Below, piece by piece: positions 26,099 to 38,949 of a stretch of 64,000 bases of DNA. The DNA is from Octopus sinensis (Eukaryota), in assembly GCF_006345805.1 (NCBI RefSeq), contig NC_042997.1, forward strand, positions 185,442,001 through 185,506,000. The letters are read 5' to 3'. The notes below the pieces were generated by a model. That model saw only the letters and a list, made by a program, of their open reading frames with translations, did not search any database and was not told the origin of the DNA. Within the stretch, counting starts at the first letter, position 1; each line of letters starts with the position of its first letter. A program made the translations under genes and the position numbers.

Positions 26099-26928
26099 TT
26101 TTACTTTTTGCTTGTTTCAGTCATTAGACCGCGCCCATGCTTGTTCACCACATGGAAAAATTTTTAGTCGAATGAATTCACCCCAATACTTAATTTTTAG
26201 AGCGTGGTACTTATTTTATCGTTGTCTTTTGCCGAACTGTTACGTTACGGGAACGTAAACCAACCAATACCAGTCGTCGAAAGGAGGTTGGGGGACAAAC
26301 GTAGATACACACACATGCACGCACGCTCACACACACACACACACACAAACGCATATATACTATTTTACTTGTTTCAGTCATTTGACTGCGGCCATGCTGG
26401 AGCACCGCCTTTAATCGAGCAACTCGACCCCGGAACTTATTCTTTTGTAAGCCCAGTATTTATTCTATCGGTCTCTTTTGCTGAACCGCTAAGTAATGGG
26501 GACATAAACACACCAGCATCGGTTGTCAAACAATGCTAGGGGGACAAACACAGACACACAAACACACACACGCATATATATACATATATACGACGGGCTT
26601 CTTTCAGTTTTCGCCTACCAAATCCACTCACAAGGCTTTGGTCGGCCCGAGGCTATAGTAGAAGACACTTGCCCAAGGTGCCACGCAGTGGGACTGAACC
26701 TGGAACCGTGTGGTTGGTAAACAAGCTACTTACCACACAGCCACTCCTGCGCCTATATAATATACACACACACATACACCGAGCTTTCCGTCTACCAAAT
26801 CCACTCACAAGGCTTTGGTCGGCCGAGGCTATAATGTAAGACACTTACTTATCCAGGTGCTATGCATTGGGACTGAACTCGGAACTATGTGGTTGGGGAG
26901 TAAGCTTCGTCCCACACTGCCATACCTA
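26099..26928 (-). mobile_element. Old SINE family A copy split by a younger family A insertion
   Basis: 3' half at 26099-26350 and 5' half at 26760-26928 flank the young copy. Confidence 0.75.
26361..26753 (-). mobile_element. SINE family A, full length
   Basis: Head, CCTTGGGCAAGTG core, internal microsatellite and tail GGCGGTGCTCCAGCATGGCCGCAGTCAAATGACTGAAACAAGTAAAA are all present. Confidence 0.9.
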
Positions 26929-26930
26929 TA

Positions 26931-26969
<39 letters not shown>

Positions 26970-28316
26970 ACCCCACCATTTATTGATCTATATATATATA
27001 TATATATCTTTATATCAGTATGTAAAAGTGGTTGTATATATATATTTGTTATGTGCGTGTACACTCATACAACACACAAACGCGCACACAAACACACACA
27101 CACACACACACACACACTCACTCACTCACTCACTCACTCACAAGCGCGCACACGTTCAGACATGCATTCGTATTTAGACACATATCGCTAATAGCAAATT
27201 GAATAAATACATAAAAAAAAAAAAAACTCTGTGAGAAATGTCAAAAGAATATACCCGCTTCGTAGCATGCATTCATGCATGGCATGTAGTAGCACACGCT
27301 GAAATATGCTGAATAAATATAACAATAAGAAATATATTTCAAACATAAAATCTGCTTAACGATCTGAAAATATCTCTTTCGTTACTGAAACGTAACAATT
27401 CTTGCTAAAATATGATATTAACTTATCATTCTAGCAACTTCTAAATCGATAGAGTTTCTAAATAATTTATGAGCCAAAATTCTTGCATTGGACTTTGGTA
27501 ATTTTTTTTCGTTTCGTTTTTATCTATTTATTTTATTTTATTTTATTTATTTAAAATATCATATGCAAGATGAATGAGTGAGTTGAGACGTACAGTGAGA
27601 TAAAGAAATGTGCAGATATATACCTATAAATATTAAGGAAGATATCGATAAGGATATGTGCGTATAGATGCGTATAGATATGTATCCATACGCATACAAA
27701 TCTATACGTGCATGTACATGCATACACACACAAACAGACGCTCGTTCTCGCACGTACACACTACACACATGTTCATAAATGTGTATATATATATAACAGA
27801 CACTGAAGTATATGTCAATTTATAACAGAAAACGAAAAAAGTTAACTGATATAGTTTATCTATTAAACTGAGAAGAAAAAAAACACATGAACGGAAAGAA
27901 ATAGTTAATATGGCTGATCACAGCCTTACGTATGTTATATCGTTCGTTATTTAGGTTTATATGGATATTGTGGTTGATGTTGTTGTTTAACCTCGATCAA
28001 AGACCCATGATCAAAGAAAATCCAGCTGTGCGCCTCCCATCATTTTTCAAGCACAGTGCATCAAGAAATACGTTACACAACGTGTCTTCTTGCTTTTTTC
28101 TCTTTTAAGATGTTAGGCTGAATAAAGTGAGATATCTGTTTTCAGAAAATCGAATGCCAATGTGAAGGCTCTTCGAGAAATTCAATCTTTATATTGCAAA
28201 AGAGTGACATTGTGGTCTAGTCACCGCTGTTGTTGTTGTTGTTCTTGCTGTTACTGTTCTTCTCATTTACCTATAGCTGGCTTTTAAATGAGCAAATACC
28301 TTTGTATATTATATAA

Positions 28317-28713
28317 CTAGAAGTATCACCCGGCGTTGCTCGGATTTGTTTCGACCCTTTAGAATTGGAATTTTTGAAAAGTAAAACTTTTGCATTATGT
28401 AGCTTGTTATTCTCTTTAAGTGGACATTTTTCTGGTTGAAAAATATCGAAACATGGCGACACAGCAGTCAAAAAGATCGTACAAAATAGGGATTTTCATA
28501 GAAAAAAGGCACCTTTTTGATGTAAATAATTTTGGATCGTAACATGGTCCGATTTAAATTTTATCTGCTACGGAATGAAGAGCAAGCCTTCTTCTATCAT
28601 ACTCTCAATTTTGGTCAACTTGCGCCGTAGGGTCTCGGAGAAGATAGCATTAGTTGAAGGCTACCAAACCTGCCACACACACACAGACAACTTCAGCTTT
28701 AAATATATATAGA
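28317..28713 (-). mobile_element. Non-autonomous Helitron, second copy
   Basis: Starts A|TCTATATATATTTAAAG; ends CCGAGCAACGCCGGG hairpin then CTAG|T. Highly similar to 6522-6916. Confidence 0.85.
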
Positions 28714-29407
28714 TTTGTCCTCTATTAAGATTGGATATAATTAAAGTGAATTTACTTCATATTTCTTGCACGTTGTGTTCATGTTGTTGTTAATACGAAT
28801 AGAGTGTCCATATTCTTGTATACTATCAATGTTTTCTTTATAAAACTCTGTTTGCAATATGATCATATTTTGTGTATGTCTTCATGTTTGATGTGTTCTT
28901 TAACCCCAGGTCAGCAATAATGGATCAGTTCTGTAATCAAAGGCGCTCTCGTCACGACCAGACCGTATTTTTTTTCTTCGTAGACATACTGTATTTATAC
29001 TGAGTTATCTAACACACACTTCTTTTCTTATATAGATAAAATGATTTACGGGAAAAGTAGCTTCTAATATTTTAGACTGCTTCAGGAGTTCTACAGAAAC
29101 CCGTCTTTGATATATGCATGTCTGTTTATAAACAATCCCTTTTATCTTGAAAGTATTGAAAAGTATATCAGATTTACTTCCTTTAGTTCAGTGGGAACAG
29201 TATTATATGAGTAAAGTAATAGTAAGACTTTAATACTATTTTCGTCGGATAAGGAATAAAGAATACGTTACACGAGAGCAAAGCATTCTTGCTGATTCTG
29301 CAAGAATGCATTGCAGCGCGCGCAGACAAACGCTTTCAGTCTCAACTCTGCTCTTTCCCTTTCATATGCACATGTGTATACTATATATACGTATATATAA
29401 AATATAA

Positions 29408-29434
29408 ATATATATATATATATATGTATGTATG

Positions 29435-29465
<31 letters not shown>

Positions 29466-29696
29466 GTATGTATGTATGTATGTATGTATGTATGTATGTG
29501 TATATGTATGTATGTATGTGTATATATATGTATGTATGTGTATATATATGTATGTATGTGTATATATATGTATGTATGTGTATATATATGTATGTATGTG
29601 TATGTATGTGTGTATATATATATATATGTATGTATGTGTATATATATATATGTATGTATATGTATGTATGTATATATATATATGTATATATATATG
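29408..29696. repeat. (TATG)n/(TA)n microsatellite
   Basis: Seen directly in the sequence. Confidence 0.95.
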
Positions 29697-30687
29697 ACTG
29701 CGTGGGTTCGTGTGGGTGTGTGTGTATCAGACGCAGTTCTTTCGGTTTCGGTTTCCGTCACAAAGCTCTTGTTTGGCACGAAGTTGTAGTAGAAGGGTTG
29801 ATTGTGCTTTTAAGGTGTACGCATACAAGCATATGTATATGTATTTATATATCGAAACAGTAGTTTATAAAAAAAAAAATTTATTATTATTCATTCATTT
29901 GCTAATAAGTTACAAAATTGCAACTGTAGGAAAAACATGTAAGATATCCCCTATCAGAAATTCTTCAGGTAGAGAATCAAATAACATTAGCAAATGAAGC
30001 ACGTGTAATGCTCAATAAATGATACAAAACTTTTTTTTCCCCAATCTCCTCGTTTCATACGTTATATCGCTGCAAATACGATTTCCCAGTATTTTTCAAC
30101 TCATGCATGTCTTACACTATTATAACATCTACATACTATTTTTAAAGTACTGGAATATACAGATGTGCTTCATGAAAACACAGCATGGATAATAGCCCTA
30201 TTTATCTGTATATAGATAGACACACCTACTCACAAATGCATATTTGTGGGTGCATGTTTAAATTTGTGTGTACTGATGCGTGAGAGTGTTGTGTAGTATA
30301 TATTTCGTATACTAATCTGGGATTACAATATGATTTTCTCACTCTTACTCTTTGTTCATCTATCATTTTTGGTTTCAAATTTTTGCACAAGGCCAGTAAT
30401 TTCGGAGATGTGTAAGTCAATTACGTGAGTGCTCAACGGTTACTCATTTTCTCGACTCAGAAATGATGAAAGGTAAAGTTAACCTCGGTGGTATTTGAAC
30501 TTAGAACGGATTTTATCCGGCGTGGCACCGATTAGGCCAGCTTACCGACTTTAATCTATCTTTCATGTTACCTCCTATATTACAAAAACAAAAAAAAGTA
30601 TGATGACGATGATGACGACAATGAAAGTTTGCACCTATTCTGTTGCTGTTGGTGGTGGTGGTGTAGTTGTTGTTGCTACAGTTCATA

Positions 30688-31091
30688 GGCGCAAGAGAGG
30701 TTGTGTGGTAAGTAGCTTGCTCACCAACCACATGGTTCCGGGTTCAGTCCCACTGCGTGGCACCTTGGGCAAGTGTCTTCTACTATAGCCTCGGGCCGAC
30801 CAAAGGCTTGTGAGTGGATTTGGTAGACGGAAACTGAAAGAAGCCCGTCGTATATATTCTGTATATATGTGTTTGTGTGTTTGTGTGTCTGTGTTTGTCC
30901 CCCAACATCGCTTGACAACCAATGCTGGTGTGTTTACGTCCCCGTAACTTAGCGGTTCGGCAAAAGAGACCGATAGAATAAGTACTAGGCTTACAAAGAA
31001 TAAGTCTTGGGGTCGATTTGTTCGACTAAAGGCGGTGCTCCAGCATGGCCGCAGTCAAATGACTGAAACAAGTAAAAGAGTAAAGAGAGTA
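30688..31091 (+). mobile_element. SINE family A, full length
   Basis: A/B-box-like head (GGGTTCAGTCCC), CORE-like CCTTGGGCAAGTGTCTT, internal (TG)n and (GTAAAAGA)n tail. Confidence 0.92.
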
Positions 31092-32806
31092 ACTATGATA
31101 ACGAATACAGTGGCGAGTAAACTGGACAAAAAGTCGACAAATTAAAAACGAGATATCTCAACTGTAACTAGACTAGTCCTTATCAATATTCTATACTATT
31201 ATGATATGATAGAGCTTCAGAGCCTCAAAAATATACTATTATATTTGATAGAGAGTACATGACACATGTTTGTACGATACGCATGTGTGTGTGTAGTGTT
31301 TATGGGTATGTGTAGTGATTGTGTATGTGTGTGTAGGAACAAATCATAAGTAACATGTATACATGCACACGGACACATACACAGATATTTATATGTTTAA
31401 ATTTATGCATGTGCATTATATATGTGTGTGTATACGTAACTACCTTCCTACCTACCTACATACATACATGCATACAGAAGGCGGGAATGGAGAAAGGTAG
31501 AGTAAAAACAGAAGTTATATGCAGAGAACGGCTGACTATAAGTAGTCCAGGCTCAATTTATAATAACAGTCCAATTATAGAACCTCTTTTTCTTTTATAT
31601 CCTGTCTGCAAAATTTGACTAGAAGAAATTGAAGATAGCACCAGACTTATTTATTTAAAAGAAAATGGAGTCGGGATAATTCACATTTTCTCCCGTACAC
31701 TTTCCACGTCAAGCTTTTCCGTTTGTATCTATCTTTATTTCAAGAGAGTATGAAGTAATTTGAGCGATACTAGGTCACTATTTCCAGTTGTTCATGCGAT
31801 CACTTATAAAGTTTGTATTGTTAGATCACTGAGTGTGGTTTACAACTGGAACGGTTTTGATAACAATTTTGTTGCTAAATAACAGCAAAAAACACTTCTA
31901 CATTGCGCGTTTTTTCTCTCCCCTATACAGCATATCTTCATTCATTTTTAATGCTATAATTTTAGGGGTCGGGATTGGAATATTGTTACTACTCTTGGAA
32001 TTTGCTGGAATAATTCATTTGATTATTAATCTTCTTTGGAACAGTGGATATTTAAGAATATAAAACTATAAATAATTGGGTTCATGATCCTTTTTGAGTA
32101 GAACAGTCGAAGGCTGACCGCCGAGCTCAAACAAACATCTGTACGTATGGCATATGTTCCACCATTAGACTACTGCAATCCTTTTAATTTCTCGATCAAT
32201 TGCAGAAGCTTTATTCTTACTCGCGAGAATTATATGTTATTGATGTTATAGGGAATTATAAACTTTCGAGACATGAAACAATACTTTTTTGGCATAGTGG
32301 ATCTCGAAACACATAAAGCTATAAGTAATAGCATGTAAATATTGGGATGAAAATTCCTTAAGTCTATAAATTCTTATGACCTCAGTAATTTTATATTTAT
32401 TTAGCTATATTTTTTACAAGACCTTGATCTCCCTTGTATGACTTCTAATTCTGCAATATCTCAATAACATGTTCATAAAAGATGAGAAAAATGTCATTCG
32501 TATCTTGCCTGTGATGCAATATTGAACTTAGAGAATACGTTCAGTAGTTATTTATGGTCCAGGTTTGTTTACTTGATTGGCTCAATTTCATATTGTGGAA
32601 GATGTTTGCTTACCAACATTAATTGTATCTTGACATTACTTTGTGCGGCGAAACACAGTTAATGGATTTTCTGAGAAGTTGTAAGTAAACAAACATGAAT
32701 TTGAAATCTTTACATTTCCTTAAATAAAAAGCAATTGCAAAAAAGAAAGTCACCCATACAAATTCAACTGTTATATATCATGCGTTTTGCATCTTAAAAG
32801 TAATTC

Positions 32807-33222
32807 TTATTTCTTTATTGCTTACAAAGGGCTAAACATAGAGGGGACAAACAAGGACAGACAAAGGGATTAAGTCGATTATATCGACCCCAGTCCGTAA
32901 CTGGTACTTAATTTAGCGACCCCGAAAGGATGAAAGGAAAAGTCGACTTCGGTGGAGTTTGAACTCAGAATGTAGTGGCAAACGAAATACCTATTTCTTT
33001 ACTACCCACAAGGGGCTAAACACAGAGAGGACAAACGAGGACAGACAAACAGATTAAGTCGATTACATCGACCCCAGTGCGTAACTAGTATTTATTTAAT
33101 CCACCCCGAACGGATGAAAGGCAAAGTCGACCTCGGCGGAATTTGAACTCAGAACGTAGCGGCCGACGAAATACCGCTAAGCATTTCGCCCGGCGTGCTA
33201 ACGTTTCTTCCAGCTCGCCGCC
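32807..33222 (-). mobile_element. SINE family B, dimeric
   Basis: Two body units plus head. TSD TTAAAAGTAATTCTTATT at 32794-32811 and 33223-33240. Confidence 0.92.
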
Positions 33223-33410
33223 TTAAAAGTAATTCTTATTAGCTCCCTTTCTCAATGTCAAGAAATCTACATTTCTGTTTATTTAGCGATCCATCTGCTG
33301 GCACGTTAGAGCATCTTACAGTGAGGCTACTCTTCAGGTAAAATCCCAAATAAAGAAGCAACAAGCTGGCTTCAGCAATTCGCCGAAAAGAAAACAATAA
33401 CATTAAGCAT

Positions 33411-33799
33411 TACTCTTTTACTCTCTTACTTGTTTCAGTCATTTGACTGAGGTCATGCTGCAGCACCACCTTTAGTCGAGCAGATCGACCCCAGGACTTA
33501 TTCTTTGTAAGCCTAGTACCTATTCTATCAATCTCTTTTGCCCAACCGCTAAGTTACGGGGATGTAAACACACCAGCATTGGTTGTCAAGCGACGTTGGG
33601 GGAAAAAACACACACACATGCATATATACATATATGCGACGGGCTTTTTTCAGTTTCCTTCTACCAAATCCACTCACAAGCCTTTGGTCGGCCCGAGGCT
33701 ATAGTAGAATACACTTGTCCAAGTTGCCAGCTGTGGAACTGAACCCGGAAGCATCTGGTTGATAAGCAAGCTACTTACCACACAGCCACTCCTACGCCT
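33411..33799 (-). mobile_element. SINE family A, full length
   Basis: Matches 30688-31091 in reverse complement. Confidence 0.9.
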
Positions 33800-34097
33800 A
33801 TATTGAGCAATATTCTTTTCTTTCACCACAAACGAATCCCACAAGAGACTTTAAGTTTCTTGATTTTGCTCATTTAAATGTGTTTGAGAATTCTGGTTCG
33901 AAAACTTGTCATGTTTGCAGTCTTCTTTTACAATATATATTGTTTGTTTTAACCACCTACATGATCATGTACTTCCTTTCGGCTTTATAATTGTTTTTGC
34001 ATGATTAGAAACTTGGGGTGTTTACTTGTGTTTTTCTGCTGATGGTTGATATGGGTCTTACAGTCAGGTTAACGTATTCTCGCGTCCTGTTAACCAT

Positions 34098-34406
34098 TCT
34101 TTCTCGTCCTTTTCAAGCCTAGTCAGGCTCATGGGCCCGGTTTCCCGGTTTCTGTGGCGTATATGTTCCCCCCAGCTGGACGGGACGCCAATCCATCGCA
34201 GTGCTACCCAAGAAACAGGAAGAAAGAGTGAGAGAAAGTTGGGGCGAAAGAGTACAACAGGGGTCGCCACCCCACCCTGCCGGGGCCTCGTGGAGCTTTA
34301 GGTGCTTTCGCTCAATAAACACACACAACGCCCGGTCTGGGAATCGAAACTACAATCCTCCGACCGCGAGTCCGCTGCCCTAACCACTGGGTCATTGCGC
34401 CTCCAC
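34098..34406 (-). mobile_element. SINE family C, full length
   Basis: tRNA head and a V-domain-like CTGCGATGGATTGGCGTCCCGTCCAG. TSD CCTGTTAACCAT at 34086-34097 and 34407-34418. Confidence 0.92.
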
Positions 34407-34525
34407 CCTGTTAACCATACTGAAGCAAAATCCCCAATGATTTCGTTCAGTGATTAGTCTAATGTGGATATCTCCTACATTTGTTCCCCCACTTGGATAT
34501 ACCTAACACTTATATGATGAATACA

Positions 34526-34758
34526 TATTTCTTTACTGCCCCCACAAAGGGCTAAACACAGAGAGGACAAACAAGGACAGACAAACGGATTAAGTCGATT
34601 ATATCGACCCCAGTGCGTAACTGGTACTTATTTAATCTATACCGAAAAGATGAAAGGCAAAGTCGACCTTGACGGAATTTGAACTCAGAACGTAACGGCA
34701 GACGAAATACCGCTAAGCATTTCGCCCGGCATGCTAACGTTTCTACCAGCTCGCCGCC
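34526..34758 (-). mobile_element. SINE family B, monomer
   Basis: Complete head and one body unit. Confidence 0.9.
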
Positions 34759-35477
34759 TTGTATATCACTAATACAAGGGCTTCTTTAACTCTGTTCACA
34801 GTCAACCGAAGAAATTGATACGAAGATCTGGTTGATAGAATACTTGTGGAATGGCGCAACAAGTTACAACGTCGTTTGTATTATGGCGCAGTCACTATTT
34901 ACTATTTAGTTTGATCCGCTCCATGATTTCCACATTCTGAACAGTCTAGACAAATAAAAATTATCGATCCATCAGCTCATGGTGTAATTTAGCTTCTAGT
35001 TAACAGCAAAAGCTATAACAGGAAGGTGAGCTCTAAAATCATGACGCAATTAATTTCATGATCGACCAGTCATTATATACCTCATTAATCCAGTATTGGA
35101 AAATTCATTAATCCTGTATAGGGTAATTAAAAAATATATTGCATAAAAGTAATGTAAAAATGGTGGATGGAGATAAAATACATGAAGTTTAGTAGCGAGA
35201 AAATGTTCTCTTGAAAAGAACAACAAACTTTACAAAACTCTAATGAAAGTATAACGAATCAAAAAAACTGCAGTTGTGTATATGAAATATATGAATGTGC
35301 ATGAGTACATACTCAGGTAGTGTATTTGTGTGTGAGTGTGTGCATATATGCGTGTGTAAGTGCGGGTGTATGTGTTGTCGTGTCTTGCGTTAGTGTTTGA
35401 GAGAGAAAAGTGACTGAACAGAATAGTCGAAGAGGAAAAAAATCGAAAATAGAAACAGATAATGTGCTGCAACACTT

Positions 35478-35990
35478 GGAGAGGGGGAGAGGGGGAAGGA
35501 GAAAGGGAGAAAGAGGGAAAGAAAAAGAGAAAGTGATACGAGAGACAGAAAGGGAGAACGATAGAGAGAGAGAGAGAGAGAGAGATAGAGACAGGGAGAG
35601 AGAAAGAGGGAGAGAAAAAGAGAAAGATATACGAGAGACAGAAAGAGAGAACGATGGAGAGAGAAAGAGAGAGGGAAAGAGAAAGAGAGAAAGAGGGAGA
35701 GAAAAAGAGAAAGAGATACGAGAGACAGAAAGAGAGAACGATGGAGAGAGAGAGAGAGAGAGGGAAAGAGAAAAAGAGAAAGAGATACGAGAGACAGAAA
35801 GAGAGAACGATGGAGAGAGAGAGAGAGGGAAAGAGAAAGAGAGAAAGAGGGAGAGAAAAAGAGAAAGAGAGAATGATGGAGAGAGAGGGAGAGAGGGAAA
35901 GGAAAAGAGAAAGAGAGAAAGTGAGAGAGAAAAGAGAGATACGAGAGACAGAAAGAGAGAACGATGGAGAGAGAGAGAGACGGAGAAAAT
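35478..35990. repeat. Polypurine (GA-rich) minisatellite
   Basis: Five copies of GATACGAGAGACAGAAAG.GAGAACGAT embedded in (GA)n. Confidence 0.9.
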
Positions 35991-36928
35991 ACAGAAAATA
36001 GGTCTCGACGCAGAACAGACGTCACACTTAAATGAGACTCTGTATACCATCACCACATGGAAGAAGGCATATCAGGTGATTACCTTACAATAAAAGAAAA
36101 ACCAATGCGATTTCGTTTGTCTGTTTTATATATTTGCTTATTTTTTCTGCTATGTCATGAAGAACTAGATTGTCAAATGAAAAATTAAGTGATGTTGATG
36201 CATTAATAACATAGGCAAGCAGTCAGTTTCTCCACAAATCTAGTTGTGTATATCATTTCTTGCTCATTATATGCGATAATTTTGACATGAATATTATATG
36301 TGTGTTCATGTGTGTATTTATGTTTCTAATACGATGGCAACATAGAACGAGAATGAGATTTGCTGAGTTTTTTTACATATGGTTGTAAGAAACTCAGTTG
36401 TTCCACATAATATTACGTTCCAACCGTGACCATGCAGTATTAATATATTAAAACTACCACCTTGTCTATCCAGTATTTGTATATTAAATCAAATATAACT
36501 TTCTCCTTTTCAGACATCGAGACCGTACTTAAGTTTTGTTGAAGGCACATCGTTTTCGGCGGTTCTGCTGAATGAACAATCCAGTGACCAAGTAGGACCG
36601 GGAGAACTCTTTAATATTTCCGATAGCAAGGTAACATCTCAGATGCTGGTGCCACGAGAATATGCCCGCAATAGCGAATAATAGGAAGGACATCTTGCTG
36701 ATGATGACATTCCTCAAAATTAGACGAATAAACAAATTTTCTTTTATATTGCCACCGGCAATAATTATGAGCCCTATCTGTTCTACAAAAAGAAAAAGAA
36801 AAAAGCTGAATGGCGAAGGCTGGAAGGAAACAACTAATGCGAAGCCACTGGGTACCGTGAACAGGGAAACACAGGGAAACAAAGCTTTTGTTGAATTATA
36901 TACCAGCACTTGTTCTTAATATAATAAG

Positions 36929-37041
36929 TCCGCTCGAAACGTTAAATCCTCCTTCTTTCTTTCCTTTCCAGAGAGTCCAATAACACTATACTTGTTCCAC
37001 ATCCTCGGGTTCTTGTGCTTTCTCTTTCTTCCTGTTTGGAT

Positions 37042-37046
<5 letters not shown>
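36929..37046 (+). mobile_element. PLE 3' terminal fragment abutting (TA)n
   Basis: CCGCTCGAAACGTTAAA (3' half of a hammerhead)...CCTGTTTGGATTAAC|(TA)n. Same family as 42226-42428. Confidence 0.65.
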
Positions 37047-37099
<53 letters not shown>

Positions 37100-37282
37100 T
37101 GTATGTATGTGCGTATTTGTAAGTATATATATATATATGCATGTATGTGTGTGCGTGTTTGTAAGTATACATATATATGTATATGTGTGTATGTGTATAT
37201 GTATGTATGTATGTATGTATGCATATATATTATGCATCAGGCGGTTTTTTTAGTCTAATTTTAAGTCTGTATGGCCATATAT

Positions 37283-37545
37283 GAAGGTGCATGGCTTAGT
37301 GATTAGGGTGCTACACTCACAATTGCAAGATCGTGGTTTCAGTTCCCAGACCAGGCGTTGTGTTGTATTCTTGAGCAAAACATTTCGTTTCACGTTTCTC
37401 TGAGATCATTTCGTCATCTGACATGTGTCACATGGTGCACCAGTACAGTTAATGTCGATTTGATGGAGGGAGTGAGCTTATGTGAACAGAAACATTTGAT
37501 CACCATAAACAAATCATCCGTTCAGTATAACAACGGGAAAGTGCA
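37283..37545 (+). mobile_element. SINE family D, diverged
   Basis: GAAGGTGCATGGCTTAGTG..GGTTTCAGTTCCCAGACC..TTCTTGAGCAAAACATTT. Confidence 0.7.
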
Positions 37546-37547
37546 GT

Positions 37548-37760
37548 AGCTCTAAAATAACACGGAGGAAACTAAGGTTGGCTGGACATGCTCAACATCA
37601 TTCAGAGTTGATACTGCACACAGTGCTCCTGTGGGAGCCCCTGCACGGACACACTAGAAGAGGGTGACCGAGGATGACATATGTTGATGCCCTAAGGACA
37701 GACATTGGTCTCTGGGAGTACAGGACATGACAGTAATGACGAGGGACAATTTTACCCGCC
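37548..37760 (+). mobile_element. RTE/RTE-X clade LINE 3' end
   Basis: Translates to SSKITRRKLRLAGHAQHHSELILHTVLLWEPLHGHTRRG*PRMTYVDALRTDIG, matching the RTE C-terminal RLR..GH..W.P.HG.R.RGRP..TY.D motif. Confidence 0.8.
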
Positions 37761-37789
37761 CTTCATAGATGTGTGTGTGTGTTTTAATT

Positions 37790-38515
37790 CACTGGTTAAC
37801 AATGTTTTGTTGCATTGATATCAACACTTGGTATTACCTAATTTGAGTGCATAGATTTTAGGTCTGAAGTTGGTTATTTCCTAAATGTTCTAATTGTTTT
37901 GCAATCAAGGTATTTCAAAGTCTCAAAATTTCGTCTTCCACACATTGACATCATAGTCTATTAGGAGAAATATGTGATTGAACACTCTTTAAATTAGCTG
38001 GGTAACAAGAAAGAAAATACAACATGGTATAAATTTATTCAAGAATACAATTTGAAATACTTACCCTAATAAGCAAACTTTGTAGTTTATATAAAACTTA
38101 TTGATAAATAAGACATTAGTTACTATGAATAGGCAAAGCTTAATTGCAGTCTATTCGTGCGAGTATTTGCGATTGAAGTTCTTGCATTTGTGGACAGTCT
38201 CGGGGTAATTACGCTAAATGTCCCAGTAGTAGTCTGCCATAATACGTTTGTCCAATCTCCTTTGGTAACACTCTTCCGTGGTCTTGAGGTACTGATAGAA
38301 CCACTCGCCTTGTTCGTCACTTACTGCTCCAAGGTTCTCTGGGGATCTATCAAGATGACTGTACAGGAAATGGTGTTTGACACTCATGTTACATCCAAGA
38401 TTACGAAAAGCTCACAACATATTAGCTACGGGAGTTTCATAGTTTATTACCGAGAGAGTTTCCTATTTCAGCTACGAATGAAAGCCATGCAGTCCTTTCC
38501 TTAATCATCTTTCTC
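37790..38515 (-). mobile_element. Chapaev3-like (CMC) DNA transposon 3' end with transposase C-terminal fossil at 38151-38512
   Basis: Minus translation ERTAWLSFV..NSLGN..ML*AFRNLGCNMSVKHHFLYSHLDRSPENLGAVSDEQGEWFYQYLKTTEECYQRRLDKRIMADYYWDI. Putative terminus CACTGGTTAACAA at 37790. Confidence 0.7.
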
Positions 38516-38949
38516 CCACTCATTACATATACATACAAATACACAGATGCTCATGAGAAAAAGCTATGCGTTTGCCCAATGTAGATTTCGTGGGAGGGGC
38601 ATACAAACTTAGAAGCAAATTTGTATAACATTTTCGTTGTAACTTCTGCGTGAATAATAATTAGTTTTGATGTGAGAATATTAATTCTGAATATATTCGT
38701 CTGAACTGGTGAAATTTGTTCCCTCGAGCTAATGTTACGTGATAACTTTCAATCACTTTCGGTTTAGCCACAGTAAATTCTAAGATGTTCTTAAAAATAG
38801 TGTTAAATAGTTTAGTAACCTTTGCCATGACTTCATTGTGACGATAAATGTTTTGGGCAATTATAATTTTCTGTATCTAAAAATAGGCCTTTGTTTACAC
38901 CCCTCTGATTGTCAACTGTTTAAAAATCAATAGGCAGCATCTAAAAATT

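Noticed and set aside
30683-30922. Recurrent peptides such as GRPEAIVEDTCPRCHAVGLN and HMVPGSVPLRGTLGKCLLL
   Set aside because: They are translations of SINE family A copies, not a gene family.
35313-36093. ORFs of 211-247 aa, either R/E/K-rich or S/L/F-rich
   Set aside because: They are open on both strands because of the GA minisatellite, with no domain signal.
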